Below the pieces are notes generated by a model, which worked only from the letters and a program-made list of their open reading frames with translations, ran no database searches and was not told the origin of the DNA. Positions 31,472 to 41,700 of a stretch of DNA of 64,000 nt are shown here, one piece after another (positions within the stretch are counted from its first letter, which is position 1; each line of letters begins with the position of its first letter). This DNA is from Trueperaceae bacterium (GTDB lineage: Bacteria > Deinococcota > Deinococci > Deinococcales > Trueperaceae): the NCBI GenBank assembly GCA_034521815.1, contig JAXHLW010000001.1:64001-128000 (forward strand). Direction: 5' to 3'. The position numbers and the translations under genes are program-made.

Positions 31472-32713
31472 TCAAGCCTGCATCGTGAACAGTCGCGCCA
31501 TCCGTCCGGCCAGCGGCGGTGTGAGCAGCGCCCGGACCAGCCACGCCCGGGGGGCGCCGAAGCGGGATGCACGCCCCATCCGGAGGTTCCAGGCGGCGCG
31601 CTCCGTGGCGCGGCGGGCGCGGGCCCGCTGGTCCGCATCGTAGCGGGCGGCGGCGGCGGGCAGCGATGCCCGACCGGCGAGATGGTCGCTCCAGGCGTCC
31701 GCGAGGGCGCGCCCACCGAGCCAGGCGAGCGTCATGCCTTGCCCGCCGATCGGGGCGACGACGTGCGCCGCGTCGCCGCACAGCCAGACGCGACCCGTCG
31801 CCAAGCGCCGGGCCAAGCGGCGCTGGACGCCGAACGCGGACACCATCGTGGCGCCGGCGGGATCCAGCCGCACGCCGGTCCGCTCCGCGACGCGCTCGCT
31901 CAGCACCGTCGCGTCGGCCGGGTCGACCAGCGTCTCGGTCTTCGCGACCCAGCGCCGACCGCCTCCGGGGAGCGGGAACGCCTCGACGACGCCGTCCGGC
32001 GAGAGGTGGATCGCGGCCTCGTCCGGGCCGACCTTTGCAAACGCCGTGCCTGCCGAGGCCGTTGCGTCGTCGGGCAGGTCGGCCATCAGGTAGACGTCGC
32101 CGTAGGCGCGTCCGTCCACGGCGGCGCCCATCAGCTGCGCGACGTCGGCGCGCGCCCCGACGCAGGCGACCAGCAGGCCGACCCGCAGACGGCTCGGACA
32201 CCCGCGCGCCCCGGTGGCGCGCGTCTCGGCCACCTCGACCGTGACGGCGGGTCCGTCGTCGCGCCACGACACGACGCGGCTGCCGCGCCTGAGCGCGTTC
32301 GGCGCCAGCTGGGCCAGGCGAGCCTCGAGCACCGCTTCGGTCACGTGTTGCGGCACCGTCAGCACGAACGGCCACGGACCGAGGAGCGTGCGCGCGAAGT
32401 CCAGCGTTCCCAGGTGCCGTACGCCGCGAATCGCGTCGCCGGCGAACGCATGGCCGCGGCGCACGTGGACGCCGCGCTTCAGCAGCGCTTCTGCCACCCC
32501 GATCTCGTCGAGGGCGGCCAGGCCGGGAGGGTGAATGCCGATCGCCCGCGAGTGACGGGTCGGCGTCTCGCGAGCCTCGAGCACCACCACGCGAAGACCG
32601 TCCTGGGCCAGGCGTGCAGCCAGGTAGAGGCCCGCGGCGCCCGCTCCGACGACGGCGACGTCCGCATCGAGCGCCGCGTCCGTCGACACGTCGTTCGAGG
32701 CCGTGCGTGTCAC
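31472..32713 (-). CDS. FAD-dependent monooxygenase (UbiH/aromatic hydroxylase type)
   Basis: VVGAGAAG, HSRAIGIH, LCGDAAHVVAPIGGQGM; GTGA overlap with the methyltransferase. Confidence 0.9.
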   Translation of the reverse strand: MTRTASNDVSTDAALDADVAVVGAGAAGLYLAARLAQDGLRVVVLEARETPTRHSRAIGIHPPGLAALDEIGVAEALLKRGVHVRRGHAFAGDAIRGVRHLGTLDFARTLLGPWPFVLTVPQHVTEAVLEARLAQLAPNALRRGSRVVSWRDDGPAVTVEVAETRATGARGCPSRLRVGLLVACVGARADVAQLMGAAVDGRAYGDVYLMADLPDDATASAGTAFAKVGPDEAAIHLSPDGVVEAFPLPGGGRRWVAKTETLVDPADATVLSERVAERTGVRLDPAGATMVSAFGVQRRLARRLATGRVWLCGDAAHVVAPIGGQGMTLAWLGGRALADAWSDHLAGRASLPAAAARYDADQRARARRATERAAWNLRMGRASRFGAPRAWLVRALLTPPLAGRMARLFTMQA

Positions 32714-33423
32714 CGCCGTGCCCCGCGCACGACCCACTGCCGGAACCACCCCACCGGCTTCGCCTCGAAGCCGGGAGGCAGCTGGGGCCGAAGCTCGGAC
32801 GGCAGGTACGCCCGCCGGATCGAGCGGAACCCGTCCTCGCGGATGTAGGAGCCGCGGAACGGGAGCGAGAACAGCGCGAAGGCGGGAATCGCCAGAGGGT
32901 TTCGCCGTAGGTCGTTGTGCAGCACCGTGTTGCGGGCCAAGAGGTCGCTGGCCCGCAAGAACGTGGCGACCTCGTCTTCGGTCAAGTGGTGGAGCACGTG
33001 ATTCGAGACGACGAGGTCGAAACGCGCACCGTCCGCCGCGAGGTCCAGAGCGTCGTCGTCCCTGAACGTCACGCTGGGCGGTACGGCCCGTCGCCGCGCG
33101 AACGCCAGCGCCCGGCGGTCCGGATCGATCGCGACGATTCGCAGCGGAACGCCGTCGCGTGCTGCCCAGGCGGCCAGCCGCCGCGCCAGGTCGCCGCCGC
33201 CGCAGCCCACGTCGAGCAGCTCGGCCACGCCGCGGTCGGCGGCCGCGGCACGCGCGGCGGGCCTGAGCGTTCGGGTCCAGGCTGCGTGCCAGCCCGAGAG
33301 CAGCTGGTTCAGCACGGCGAACTGACCGTAGGTCCGGTCCAGCATGGTCGGGTCGCAGTCCGGCTCGTCCATGCGCTCGCGCAGCGCCTCGGCGCGGTGC
33401 CTGAGGAGCGGGCCGCCGTTCAC
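32710..33423 (-). CDS. Class I SAM-dependent methyltransferase (type III PKS-associated)
   Basis: ERMDEPDCD, LLDVGCGGGD, SNHVLHHL, HNDLRR, DG.RSIRRAY. Confidence 0.9.
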   Translation of the reverse strand: MNGGPLLRHRAEALRERMDEPDCDPTMLDRTYGQFAVLNQLLSGWHAAWTRTLRPAARAAAADRGVAELLDVGCGGGDLARRLAAWAARDGVPLRIVAIDPDRRALAFARRRAVPPSVTFRDDDALDLAADGARFDLVVSNHVLHHLTEDEVATFLRASDLLARNTVLHNDLRRNPLAIPAFALFSLPFRGSYIREDGFRSIRRAYLPSELRPQLPPGFEAKPVGWFRQWVVRGARR

Positions 33424-34580
33424 GTGGTCCGGAACAGGCCCGTCGCGACGGTGAGGCCGGGTCCGAACGCCATGGCGACGATCGGCTCGTCGGCAGGAGC
33501 GGGCTCTCGCAGCAGGTCGGCCAGGACGAACAGGACCGTGGCGCTGGACATGTTGCCGTTCTGGGCCAGGACGCGGCGCGAGGAGGCCAGCGCCTCGGGC
33601 CCCAGCTCCAAACCCGCCGCCAGCTTGTCCAGGATGGCGCGACCGCCGGGGTGCACGGCCCAGCGACGCACCTCGGCGAGCTCGGTTCCGCTTCGCTCCA
33701 GAAGCGGACGCAGGGCGCCGGACGCCTTCTCGCCCACGATGGAGGGCACGTAGGAGCTGAGCACCATCTCGAAGCCGTGATCGCCGATCGTCCACGCCAT
33801 GTCCGACGCGCCTTCGGGCGCCACGTCGTCCACGAACGCGTCCATCCGCAAGGCGGGGCCGTGCGGCGTCCGTGCCGAGACGACCGCGCCGGCCGCGCCG
33901 TCCGCGAACACGCTAGCGGCCACGACCGCGTCGACGTCCCGGGACGGCTGCAGGTGCAGCGTGCACAGCTCGACCGACACGACGAGCACCACGGCGTCCG
34001 GATCGGCGAGGCAGAACGCGCGCGCCATGCGCAGTGCCGGAAAGGCGGCGTAGCAGCCCATGAACCCGAGGTGGTAACGCTCGGTGCCCGGGCTCAGGCC
34101 CAGCGCCTGAACGACGTCCAGGTCGGGCCCGGGCGCGTAGAAGCCGGTGCACGACACGGTCACGAGGTGGGTGACGTCCTGCGGGCCGAACCCGTCCGCG
34201 CCGTCCAGCGCGCGCCGGGCCGCGGAGGCGAACAGCGCGCCCGCCTCCTGGCGATAGCGCTCGTTGCGCTCGGCGGTACCGGGGTTGCGGAACCCACCCG
34301 CGTCGTCGACGTAGAACCCGCCGCCGCGCTGGACAGGGGCGAGCGTCCAGGCTCCATCCGCGTCCAGGCTCCCGCCTGCCGGCTCCGCGTCGGCGGAGGC
34401 CAGGAAATCCTCGAGCACGCTGTGTCGCCGGTCGATGCCCGAATGCCCGTAGATGCGGTGCAGAAGCCGGTCCGTGCGGCGATCGCCGCCGATCCACGCC
34501 TGCATGACCTGCCGCGCCTCGGTCTGCGAGTACGACCTGGCGGGAACGACGGTCGCGACGTTGTGGAGATGGACGGCCAT
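33420..34580 (-). CDS. Type III polyketide synthase (chalcone synthase-like)
   Basis: Catalytic triad in FMGCYAA (Cys), HPGGRAIL (His) and GNMSS (Asn); VSCTG, ELCTLH, FADGAA, AFGPGL. Confidence 0.95.
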   Translation of the reverse strand: MAVHLHNVATVVPARSYSQTEARQVMQAWIGGDRRTDRLLHRIYGHSGIDRRHSVLEDFLASADAEPAGGSLDADGAWTLAPVQRGGGFYVDDAGGFRNPGTAERNERYRQEAGALFASAARRALDGADGFGPQDVTHLVTVSCTGFYAPGPDLDVVQALGLSPGTERYHLGFMGCYAAFPALRMARAFCLADPDAVVLVVSVELCTLHLQPSRDVDAVVAASVFADGAAGAVVSARTPHGPALRMDAFVDDVAPEGASDMAWTIGDHGFEMVLSSYVPSIVGEKASGALRPLLERSGTELAEVRRWAVHPGGRAILDKLAAGLELGPEALASSRRVLAQNGNMSSATVLFVLADLLREPAPADEPIVAMAFGPGLTVATGLFRTT

Positions 34581-34662
34581 GATCGAGGATAGACCGTCGC
34601 GCAAGGTGGCTCGGTACGAAGGAGCGCAGTCGACGCTTCATCCGGGCGCGGTAACCTGAAGC

Positions 34663-35727
34663 ATGGCCGACGTCCAGGTGCAGGCGAGTCCGTTCGGAAC
34701 GACCGCGACCGGCGTGGCGGTGACGCGCTTCGATCTGAGCGCGCCGGACGGGTCGGGCGTCTCGGTGCTCGATTTCGGCGCGGTGGTGCTCGAGGTGCGC
34801 GTGCCCGACCGCGACGGTCGCCTCGCGAACGTGGTGCTGGGGCACGCCGAGCTGGGGGGCTACGAACGGAACGCGCCGTACTTCGGCGCCGTGGTGGGAC
34901 GCTGCGCGAACCGGATCGCGGGGGCGCGCTTCACGCTGGACGGCGAGGAGCATCGGCTTGCCGCCAACGAGGGCCGCCACCAGCTTCACGGCGGTCCGGG
35001 CGGCTTCCACCTGCGCGCTTGGCACGGCCAGGCCGCGTCCAGCGGCGACGGCCGCGCCGAGGTGATTCTTCGTCGCGTCAGTCCGGACGGCGAGGAGGCG
35101 TACCCCGGAACCGCCGAGGTCGAGGCGCGCATCGGCTGGTCGGTACGGCACGAGCTGAGCATCGAGCTGCACGCCCGCGCCGATGCTCCGACGCTCATGA
35201 ACCTCGCCCATCACGGCTACTGGAACCTGGCGGGAGAGGGGTCGGGCAGCGTCGACGACCATCTCCTGGCCGTGGCCGCCGACGCGTACCTGCCGGTGGG
35301 CACGACGCTGATTCCGACCGGCGAGCTGGCGGCGGTCGCCGGCACCCCGTTCGATCTCCGCTCCGGACGCCGGATCGGGGACGTCGTCCGGGCCGGGCAC
35401 CGCCAGGTCCGCATCGCGAACGGGATCGACCACAACCTGGTGCTTTCGCGAGAGGTGGGCGAGGCCGCCCGGCTCACGGACCCGCGCAGCGGCCGCCGAC
35501 TGCGACTCCTGACCGACCAGCCCGGCCTGCAGGTGTACACCGGCAACGCGCTCGACGGCCGGATCGTGGGGCGGTCCGGCCGCGCCTACCGTCAGGGCGA
35601 CGGCGTGGCGCTCGAGGCACAGGGCTTTCCCGACGCGCCGCACCATCCCCACTTCCCGTCCGTGGTGCTGCGGCCGGGAGACGCGTACCGGTCGAGCACC
35701 GTGTTCGCCTTCGACGCGGACGGCTAA
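34663..35727 (+). CDS. galM: Aldose 1-epimerase (galactose mutarotase)
   Basis: GRCANRI, HQLHGG, YPG, NLAHHGYWNL, GIDHN, QVYTGN, LEAQGFPD. Confidence 0.93.
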   Translation: MADVQVQASPFGTTATGVAVTRFDLSAPDGSGVSVLDFGAVVLEVRVPDRDGRLANVVLGHAELGGYERNAPYFGAVVGRCANRIAGARFTLDGEEHRLAANEGRHQLHGGPGGFHLRAWHGQAASSGDGRAEVILRRVSPDGEEAYPGTAEVEARIGWSVRHELSIELHARADAPTLMNLAHHGYWNLAGEGSGSVDDHLLAVAADAYLPVGTTLIPTGELAAVAGTPFDLRSGRRIGDVVRAGHRQVRIANGIDHNLVLSREVGEAARLTDPRSGRRLRLLTDQPGLQVYTGNALDGRIVGRSGRAYRQGDGVALEAQGFPDAPHHPHFPSVVLRPGDAYRSSTVFAFDADG

Positions 35728-36302
35728 GTCGCGCCGAACGGCAGGCGGGCGATCAGGTCGTGGCGCGCGCCGTCAGCGCCCAGCACACTGCGAATCAGCC
35801 GGATGTGGCCGGCGGTCGCCAGCGGCGCACGCGCCTCGACCTGGGGCAGCGCGACGGTGCGGCCGCGACGTGTCCGAGCGACGGTGAGATGAGGCGTGAA
35901 CGCTCGCGGGTCCGCGGGCGCCACGCCTTGGGCCGACAGCGCCGCGACGAGCGCTTCTTCCAGCGCGACGAGCGCGTCTCGCCCTTCGGCGATATCCAGC
36001 CAAGCGACGCGCGCCCTCTGCGCCGACGGGAACCCGTCCAGGCGGCTCGGTCGCCAGGTGAACGGGGACGTCCGCCTCGCGGCGAGGGCGGCGGCCCGAA
36101 CCACCGCGCCACGGCGATCGATCGCGACGTCACCCAGGAACGACAAGGTGAGATGAACCTGCTCTGGCGGCGACCATCGCAACGCTCGCGCCAGGCGGGC
36201 ATCGTCCTGAAGCGTCGCCTGGAGGTCCGTTACGGCTCGTCGCTGCGAGGGGGAGGGGTCGACGGCGAGGAACAGGCGCTCGGTCGGGAGGTCGTTGGCC
36301 AT
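35724..36302 (-). CDS. thpR: RNA 2',3'-cyclic phosphodiesterase (2H phosphoesterase)
   Basis: RLFLAV, HLTLSFLG, FTPHLTVAR. Confidence 0.9.
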   Translation of the reverse strand: MANDLPTERLFLAVDPSPSQRRAVTDLQATLQDDARLARALRWSPPEQVHLTLSFLGDVAIDRRGAVVRAAALAARRTSPFTWRPSRLDGFPSAQRARVAWLDIAEGRDALVALEEALVAALSAQGVAPADPRAFTPHLTVARTRRGRTVALPQVEARAPLATAGHIRLIRSVLGADGARHDLIARLPFGAT

Positions 36303-36370
36303 GGAGCTCCTGGCGGCTCGGGCCGCCGTGTGCGGACCGAGGCGCGTACGTCTACTGTACGGGGCGGCGC

Positions 36371-36418
36371 CACGCCGCTCGGCAAGCCGCTCGGCACGCC
36401 GCTCGCCACGGCGGTCGG
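36371..36418. repeat. 12-nt tandem repeat x4 in a divergent intergenic region
   Basis: cacgccgctcgg caagccgctcgg cacgccgctcgc cacggcggtcgg. Confidence 0.7.
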
Positions 36419-36490
36419 GGCCGGGCTGGGTATCATGACCCGTCGCCCGGATCCGCATGGCTTTCAGGGTCCATCCCCATTCGGAGGAAC

Positions 36491-36874
36491 GTGCCTGTCC
36501 TACCTCGCATCCGTCGCTCGCTGTCGTGCCTCGTCGTCGCGGTCGCGCTGGGCGCGGCCTGGGCCGCGGCTCCGTGCGACGCGTTGCTCTCCGACTACCT
36601 CGACACCGCTGGCGGATCCACGCTGCCGTGCCTGGTCGATCTTCAGGAGAGCGGCATGTGCTTCCGCTTGCCCGGCATGACGCTGGACGCCGCCACCCGA
36701 ACGCTGGACGCGCACCTGCAGGCGCAGGGCGTGCCCAGGCCCGAGTGGCGCACGACGGTCGCGGCGAACGGGACCGTCGTGCCGGCCGCGAGCGGCGATA
36801 CGCTCGAGATCGTGATCGCTGCGGACGGACCGTTCGCGACGATGGGAACGTGCCGGATCTTTCCAGAGCGCTGA
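36491..36874 (+). CDS. Small secreted Cys-containing hypothetical protein
   Basis: Signal-peptide-like N-terminus ending AWA, four Cys in the mature part; SD GGAGG before GTG. Confidence 0.6.
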   Translation: MPVLPRIRRSLSCLVVAVALGAAWAAAPCDALLSDYLDTAGGSTLPCLVDLQESGMCFRLPGMTLDAATRTLDAHLQAQGVPRPEWRTTVAANGTVVPAASGDTLEIVIAADGPFATMGTCRIFPER

Positions 36875-36889
36875 GAGACGCGGGCCGAC

Positions 36890-37831
36890 TCAGCCTCGCG
36901 CCGAGTCCTGGTCGTCGACGTCGTCCGCGCTTGGTTCGCTCGGCGCGTCGTCGGGGTTCGTCGCGTCCGGCGCGCCTTGCGACGGCGGCTCGGCGGCGGA
37001 CGGGACCGGCCCCTGCGCATGGAGCGTCACCTGCGGGAACGGAATCTCGATCCCGGCCCGGTCGAACGCCGACTTGACCTGTCGCTGAACGTCGTTGCGG
37101 ACCTCCAGGTACGCCTCTTTCCGTGCCCAGACGCTGAACTGGAGGTCGATCGACGAGGCGCCGTAGCCCTGCGCGATGATCAGCGGCGCCGGCTCCTCGA
37201 GCACCAGGGGATTGGCGTCCGCCACCTCCATCAGCACCGCGTGGACCTTTCCCAGATCGGAGCCGTACGCCACGCCGATTTGAAGGTCGTAGCGGCGGAT
37301 CGGGAACCGGTTGAGGTTCGTGATGTCGGCCTTCATCATCGTCTCGTTCGGGATTCGGACCATCAGGTTGTCGAACGTCCGAAGCCGCGTCGACAGCATG
37401 TCGATCGCCAGCACCTCGCCCGTGACGCCGTTGACCCTGATGATGTCGCCGATCGACACCGTTCCCTCGATGCCGAGGAACAGGCCGCTGATCACGTTCG
37501 AGGCGCTGGTCTGGGACGCGAACGCCGCGGCCGCGGTCAGGATCCCGACCGCGCCCAGGACGACCGCGAAGTCGAACCCCAGCTCCCGCAGGGCGGACAC
37601 CACGAACACGCCCAGCACCGCCCACGATGCGACGCGCTGGACCAGCACCCGCGTCTGAGCGTGCGACGCGTACATGACGCGACTCAGGACCCTCCGGACC
37701 ACCCGCGCCAGCACCACGCCGACGACGAGAAGAAGGCTCGCTCGGAGCAGGGGCGCCCAGAGCGACACGTCGCCCAGCGCTCGCAAGCCCTCGATCGAGG
37801 CTCGCCAGAGGCGCACGGCCCACTCGGTCAC
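36890..37831 (-). CDS. MscS-family small-conductance mechanosensitive channel
   Basis: GAVGIL...FASQTSASNVISG, GDIIRV, STRLRTFDN..VRIPN, IGVAYG, GIEIPFPQ. Confidence 0.92.
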   Translation of the reverse strand: MTEWAVRLWRASIEGLRALGDVSLWAPLLRASLLLVVGVVLARVVRRVLSRVMYASHAQTRVLVQRVASWAVLGVFVVSALRELGFDFAVVLGAVGILTAAAAFASQTSASNVISGLFLGIEGTVSIGDIIRVNGVTGEVLAIDMLSTRLRTFDNLMVRIPNETMMKADITNLNRFPIRRYDLQIGVAYGSDLGKVHAVLMEVADANPLVLEEPAPLIIAQGYGASSIDLQFSVWARKEAYLEVRNDVQRQVKSAFDRAGIEIPFPQVTLHAQGPVPSAAEPPSQGAPDATNPDDAPSEPSADDVDDQDSARG

Positions 37832-38646
37832 GACGCCGCTCCCTGTCGAAGCCAGCGTCCGAACGTCCTGAGCGACAGCGCGGTGTCGGGCCGCCCGCGC
37901 GGCTGGGCGATCGCGACGACCGATCCGGCTTCCGAGGGCGCGCCGGGCTGCACCACGATGTCCGCACGGTCCGCACCCTCGCTGTTGGTGAGCACGATCT
38001 GCGGCGTCCACAGCCCGCGCGGGCCGGCCAGCAGCGGCAGGATGCCGACGGGAAGCTTCAGGCGCTCCAGGGGGAGGGGCTCCTTGGCGCGGTTGCGGAT
38101 GCGGACGGGCGTGATGGCGCGATGCGGGCGTACGGGGAGCTCGGAGAGATCCAGGCGCCCGGTCGTGCGCGACGCGTAGCACAGCTCGCCCTCCACGGTG
38201 GAGGGGCCGAACCAGGTGTCGGACGGCCGGAAGAACGGCGCCTCGAACAGGGTGTGACGCGGATCGACGGTCGCGGCCGAGAACCAGAGCGGCGTGCTCA
38301 CGTACAGCAGGGTCGTCTGTCCGGCGGGGATCGTGAGCGGATCCGCCGGCCTCACGACGACGTCGCGATCGGCGAGACGGGGCTCCAGCGCCAGAGACGC
38401 TGGCGACGCGTCGAACGCGAATCGTCGCGTGCTGGTCGTGGCGCCGGCCGTCGCCGGCTGTGCCGGGTCGACGACCTCGGCGACCTCCAAGTCGGCCTCG
38501 AGGGGGTCGTCGCCGGTCGCCACCGTCACGCGCCATTCGTGCGCCCGACGCTCGGCGGTCAGGGACGCCGGTCCGATCGTCCAGCGACGGGCCTCGCCGA
38601 CGGCGATGCGACAGGGGCTCCACCACGACGGTGGCGAGGTGCTCAT
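37828..38646 (-). CDS. Conserved hypothetical protein (DUF432-like), coupled to MscS
   Basis: PRLADRDVVVRP, LYVSTPLW, PSDTWFGP..GELCYASRT; its stop overlaps the MscS start. Confidence 0.65.
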   Translation of the reverse strand: MSTSPPSWWSPCRIAVGEARRWTIGPASLTAERRAHEWRVTVATGDDPLEADLEVAEVVDPAQPATAGATTSTRRFAFDASPASLALEPRLADRDVVVRPADPLTIPAGQTTLLYVSTPLWFSAATVDPRHTLFEAPFFRPSDTWFGPSTVEGELCYASRTTGRLDLSELPVRPHRAITPVRIRNRAKEPLPLERLKLPVGILPLLAGPRGLWTPQIVLTNSEGADRADIVVQPGAPSEAGSVVAIAQPRGRPDTALSLRTFGRWLRQGAAS

Positions 38647-38739
38647 GCGGTCAGTGTACGTGGGTCGCCGGCCAGCGTCGCCGCCCGCGACTCGGATGCG
38701 CGTCAATGATCACGACGTGCGGTGCCGGCGCGAGGGCGC

Positions 38740-41700
38740 CTAGCCGCCGTAGTGGTAACCGCGGACCTCGACCGGCCCGCCCAGCCCGACCACGGCGCGG
38801 GCGCGCACCGTCCAGGCCCGGCCGACGCGCTGCAGCACCCCGTCCACGATCAGCACCCGCGCGTCGCGGAGCATCTTCCAGTGCGCGTCCCACAGGTCGG
38901 GCGAGACGACGACCTGCGCCCGGTCGGGGCCGTCCTCGATCACGAAGAACGAGAAGCCCTGCGCGGTGCCCGGCTTCTGTCGTGCCACGATCAGCCCGCC
39001 GGTGCGGACCTCGCCGTCGCGGGCGCGCGCCAGCGGCACCGCGCCGAGGTCCAGCAGCTCGCGCCGCATCAGGTCGACGGGGTGCACGCCGGACTCGGCC
39101 AGGCCTTTCGTGCGGTAGTCCCAGACGGTGCGCTCGGCGAAGCCCAGCGCCTCCAGCGGCGGGACCGGCGGCGTGGTCCGGAAGAGCGGCGTCTGGCCGG
39201 GCGGGGTGGTGTGGTGCAGGGCGCGCGCCTCGAACAGCGCGTCGCGGCGGGACTGCAGCGTGTCGAACGCCCCACCGCGAGCGAGGGCCTCGAGCGCCTC
39301 GCCCGGCACCGCCAGGCGGCCGTACAGGTCGCGCAGGCCGCGGTACGGGCCGGCGCGGGCCCGCTCGAGCACGATCTCGCGCGCCACCTCGTCGGCCACG
39401 CCCTTCACGATCTGGAACGGAGGCCTGAGCCGCCGACGCGTGCGGGGTCCGCCTCCCGACCACGAGCCGGAGGCGCCCGGCCCGTCGTCGCTCTCGACGC
39501 GCCAGCCGACGTTCGAGGCGTTCACGTCCAGCGGCGCCATGCCGACGCTCCAGCGCTTGGCCTCCTGACGGAGGGTCGAGAGCGGCCACATGCCGGGGTG
39601 CTCGTTCATCACCGCGGCCAGGTAGGCGGCCGGGTGGTGGTGCCGGAGCCAGGCGCTGAGGTAGGCGTGCAGCCCGAACGCCCAGGCGTGCGACTCGGCG
39701 AAGCCGTAGCCGCGGAAGGCGGCCATGGCGTCGAAGATCGCCTGCGCCTCCTGGGCGGTGCAGCCGCGGGTCCGCATGGCGCCGTCCACGAAGGCGCGAT
39801 GCCAGTCGCGGATCTCGGCCTCGTCCTCGAAGGTGGTGACCTTCTTGCGGAACCGCTCGGCGTCGCTCCAGCTCATGCCCGCGACGTGCACGGCGATGCG
39901 CATCAGGTCCTCCTGGAACAGGATCACGCCGTAGCTCTTGGCCAGCACCGCCTCCAGCGACGGGTGGAGGTAGGTCACCGGCTCGCGGCCGTTGCGGCGG
40001 GCGACGTAGGGATGCACGGTGTTCGACTGGATCGGGCCGGGCCGGAACAGCGCCACCTGGTGCGCCAGGTCGGTCAGGGTGCGAGGCTGCAGCTGCACGC
40101 TCATCCGCACCTGGCCGGGCGACTCGATCTGGAACAGGCCCATCGTGTCGCCCTGCTGGATCGCGTCCCAGACGGTGTCGTCGTGCGGCGGGTCGCGCAG
40201 CTCCAGCCACGTTCCGTCCAGGCGATGGACCTCCTCCCGGGTCCGCTCGAACACGCTCAGCATCCGCAGGCCCAGCAGGTCCAGCTTGATCAGCCCCAGC
40301 GCCTCGACGTCGTCCTTGTCGAACTGCAGCAGCTTGATCCCGCCGCTGGAGCGCTGGATGGGGCTGTAGTGCATCAGCGGCTCGCGCCCCAGCACCACCC
40401 CGCCCGAGTGGGGCGCGACGTGCCGCACGAAGCGGGGCTCCATCCGCCGCATCAGCCCAAGCAGCTGATCGGTGACGGGGGCGTCGCCGAGCACCTCGCG
40501 GAAGATCTCCTCGGCCTCCAGCGCGTGGTGGGGACGGTGGTGGCGGTGCTGCCGCCCCAGCGCCTTGCTCAGCCGGTCGCGCGTCTCCGGCGGGATGCCC
40601 AGCGCGCGGCCCAGATCCTGCACCGCGCTGGGCAGGTAGTAGGTGATGCGGTTGCACACCATCGCCTCGGTCCGCGCGCCGAAGCGCCGCTCGACCCAGG
40701 CGAGCACCTCGTCGCGGCGGGCGGAGGCGATGTCGATGTCGATGTCGGGCGGGCTGGCCTTGCCGCCGTGCAGGAAACGCTCGAACAGCAGCTGGTGCTC
40801 GATCGGGTCCGCCTGGGTGATCGCCAGCAGGTAGCAGAGGATGCTGGCGGCGGCCGAGCCGCGGCCGCTGGCGACGATGCCGCGGTCGTGACAGAAGTCG
40901 GTGATCTCGGCGGCGGCCAGGAAGAACTCGGCGAAGCCCAGCGCGCGGACGGTGGCGAGCTCCTCCTCGAGCCGGGCGCGGGCGGTCAGCAGCGTCTCGC
41001 CCCGGTAGCGCGTCAGCAGCGCTTCGTACGCCCGGCGCTCCAGCTGCTCCTCGGCCGAGACGCCCTCGGGCAGGCGCGCCTTGGGAGGAACCAGCCGGTC
41101 GGGCAGCAGCGGCCAGCGGCACGCCTCGGCCAGGGCGTCGGTGTTCGCCAGCACGTCGGGCAGCAGCAGCGCCGGATCGGGCAGCGGCGTCAGGTCGCTC
41201 AGGTCGGGGCGCGGAATCGCCAGCGCGTCGTTCCGCGGCCGCTCGGGATGCGGCTCGTCGACGGTGACGCCCAGCCGGGCGCAGCTCAGCGCGTCGTGCA
41301 GGGACCACAGGTCGGCGGTGGCGTAGCGCACCTCGGGCGCGGCGACGGCCGGCAGGCGCCGCTGCCGGGCCAGGGTGCGCAGGTAGCGGGCGCGGCGCAG
41401 GTCGTCCGGGTGCGCGCCGAAGTACAGCTGGATCCAGAAGCGGTCCGGGTAGATCGCGGCGAGCCGGTCCAGGATCCGGTCGAGATCCCGGAAGCGACGT
41501 TGCGCCAACAGGCGGCTGGGGGCGCCGGCCCGCGCGCCGGAGAGGGCGTGCAGGTCGGTGGCGTGGGTCTCGAGCATCGGCAGGGTGACCTCGCCGCCCT
41601 GCTCGTGAGCGATGGTGAGCAGCTCGTTCAGGGTGGCGTAGCCGCGTCGCGAGGCGGCCAGCAGCGGTAGCGGCCAGACGTCGGCGTCGTCGCGCAGCGC

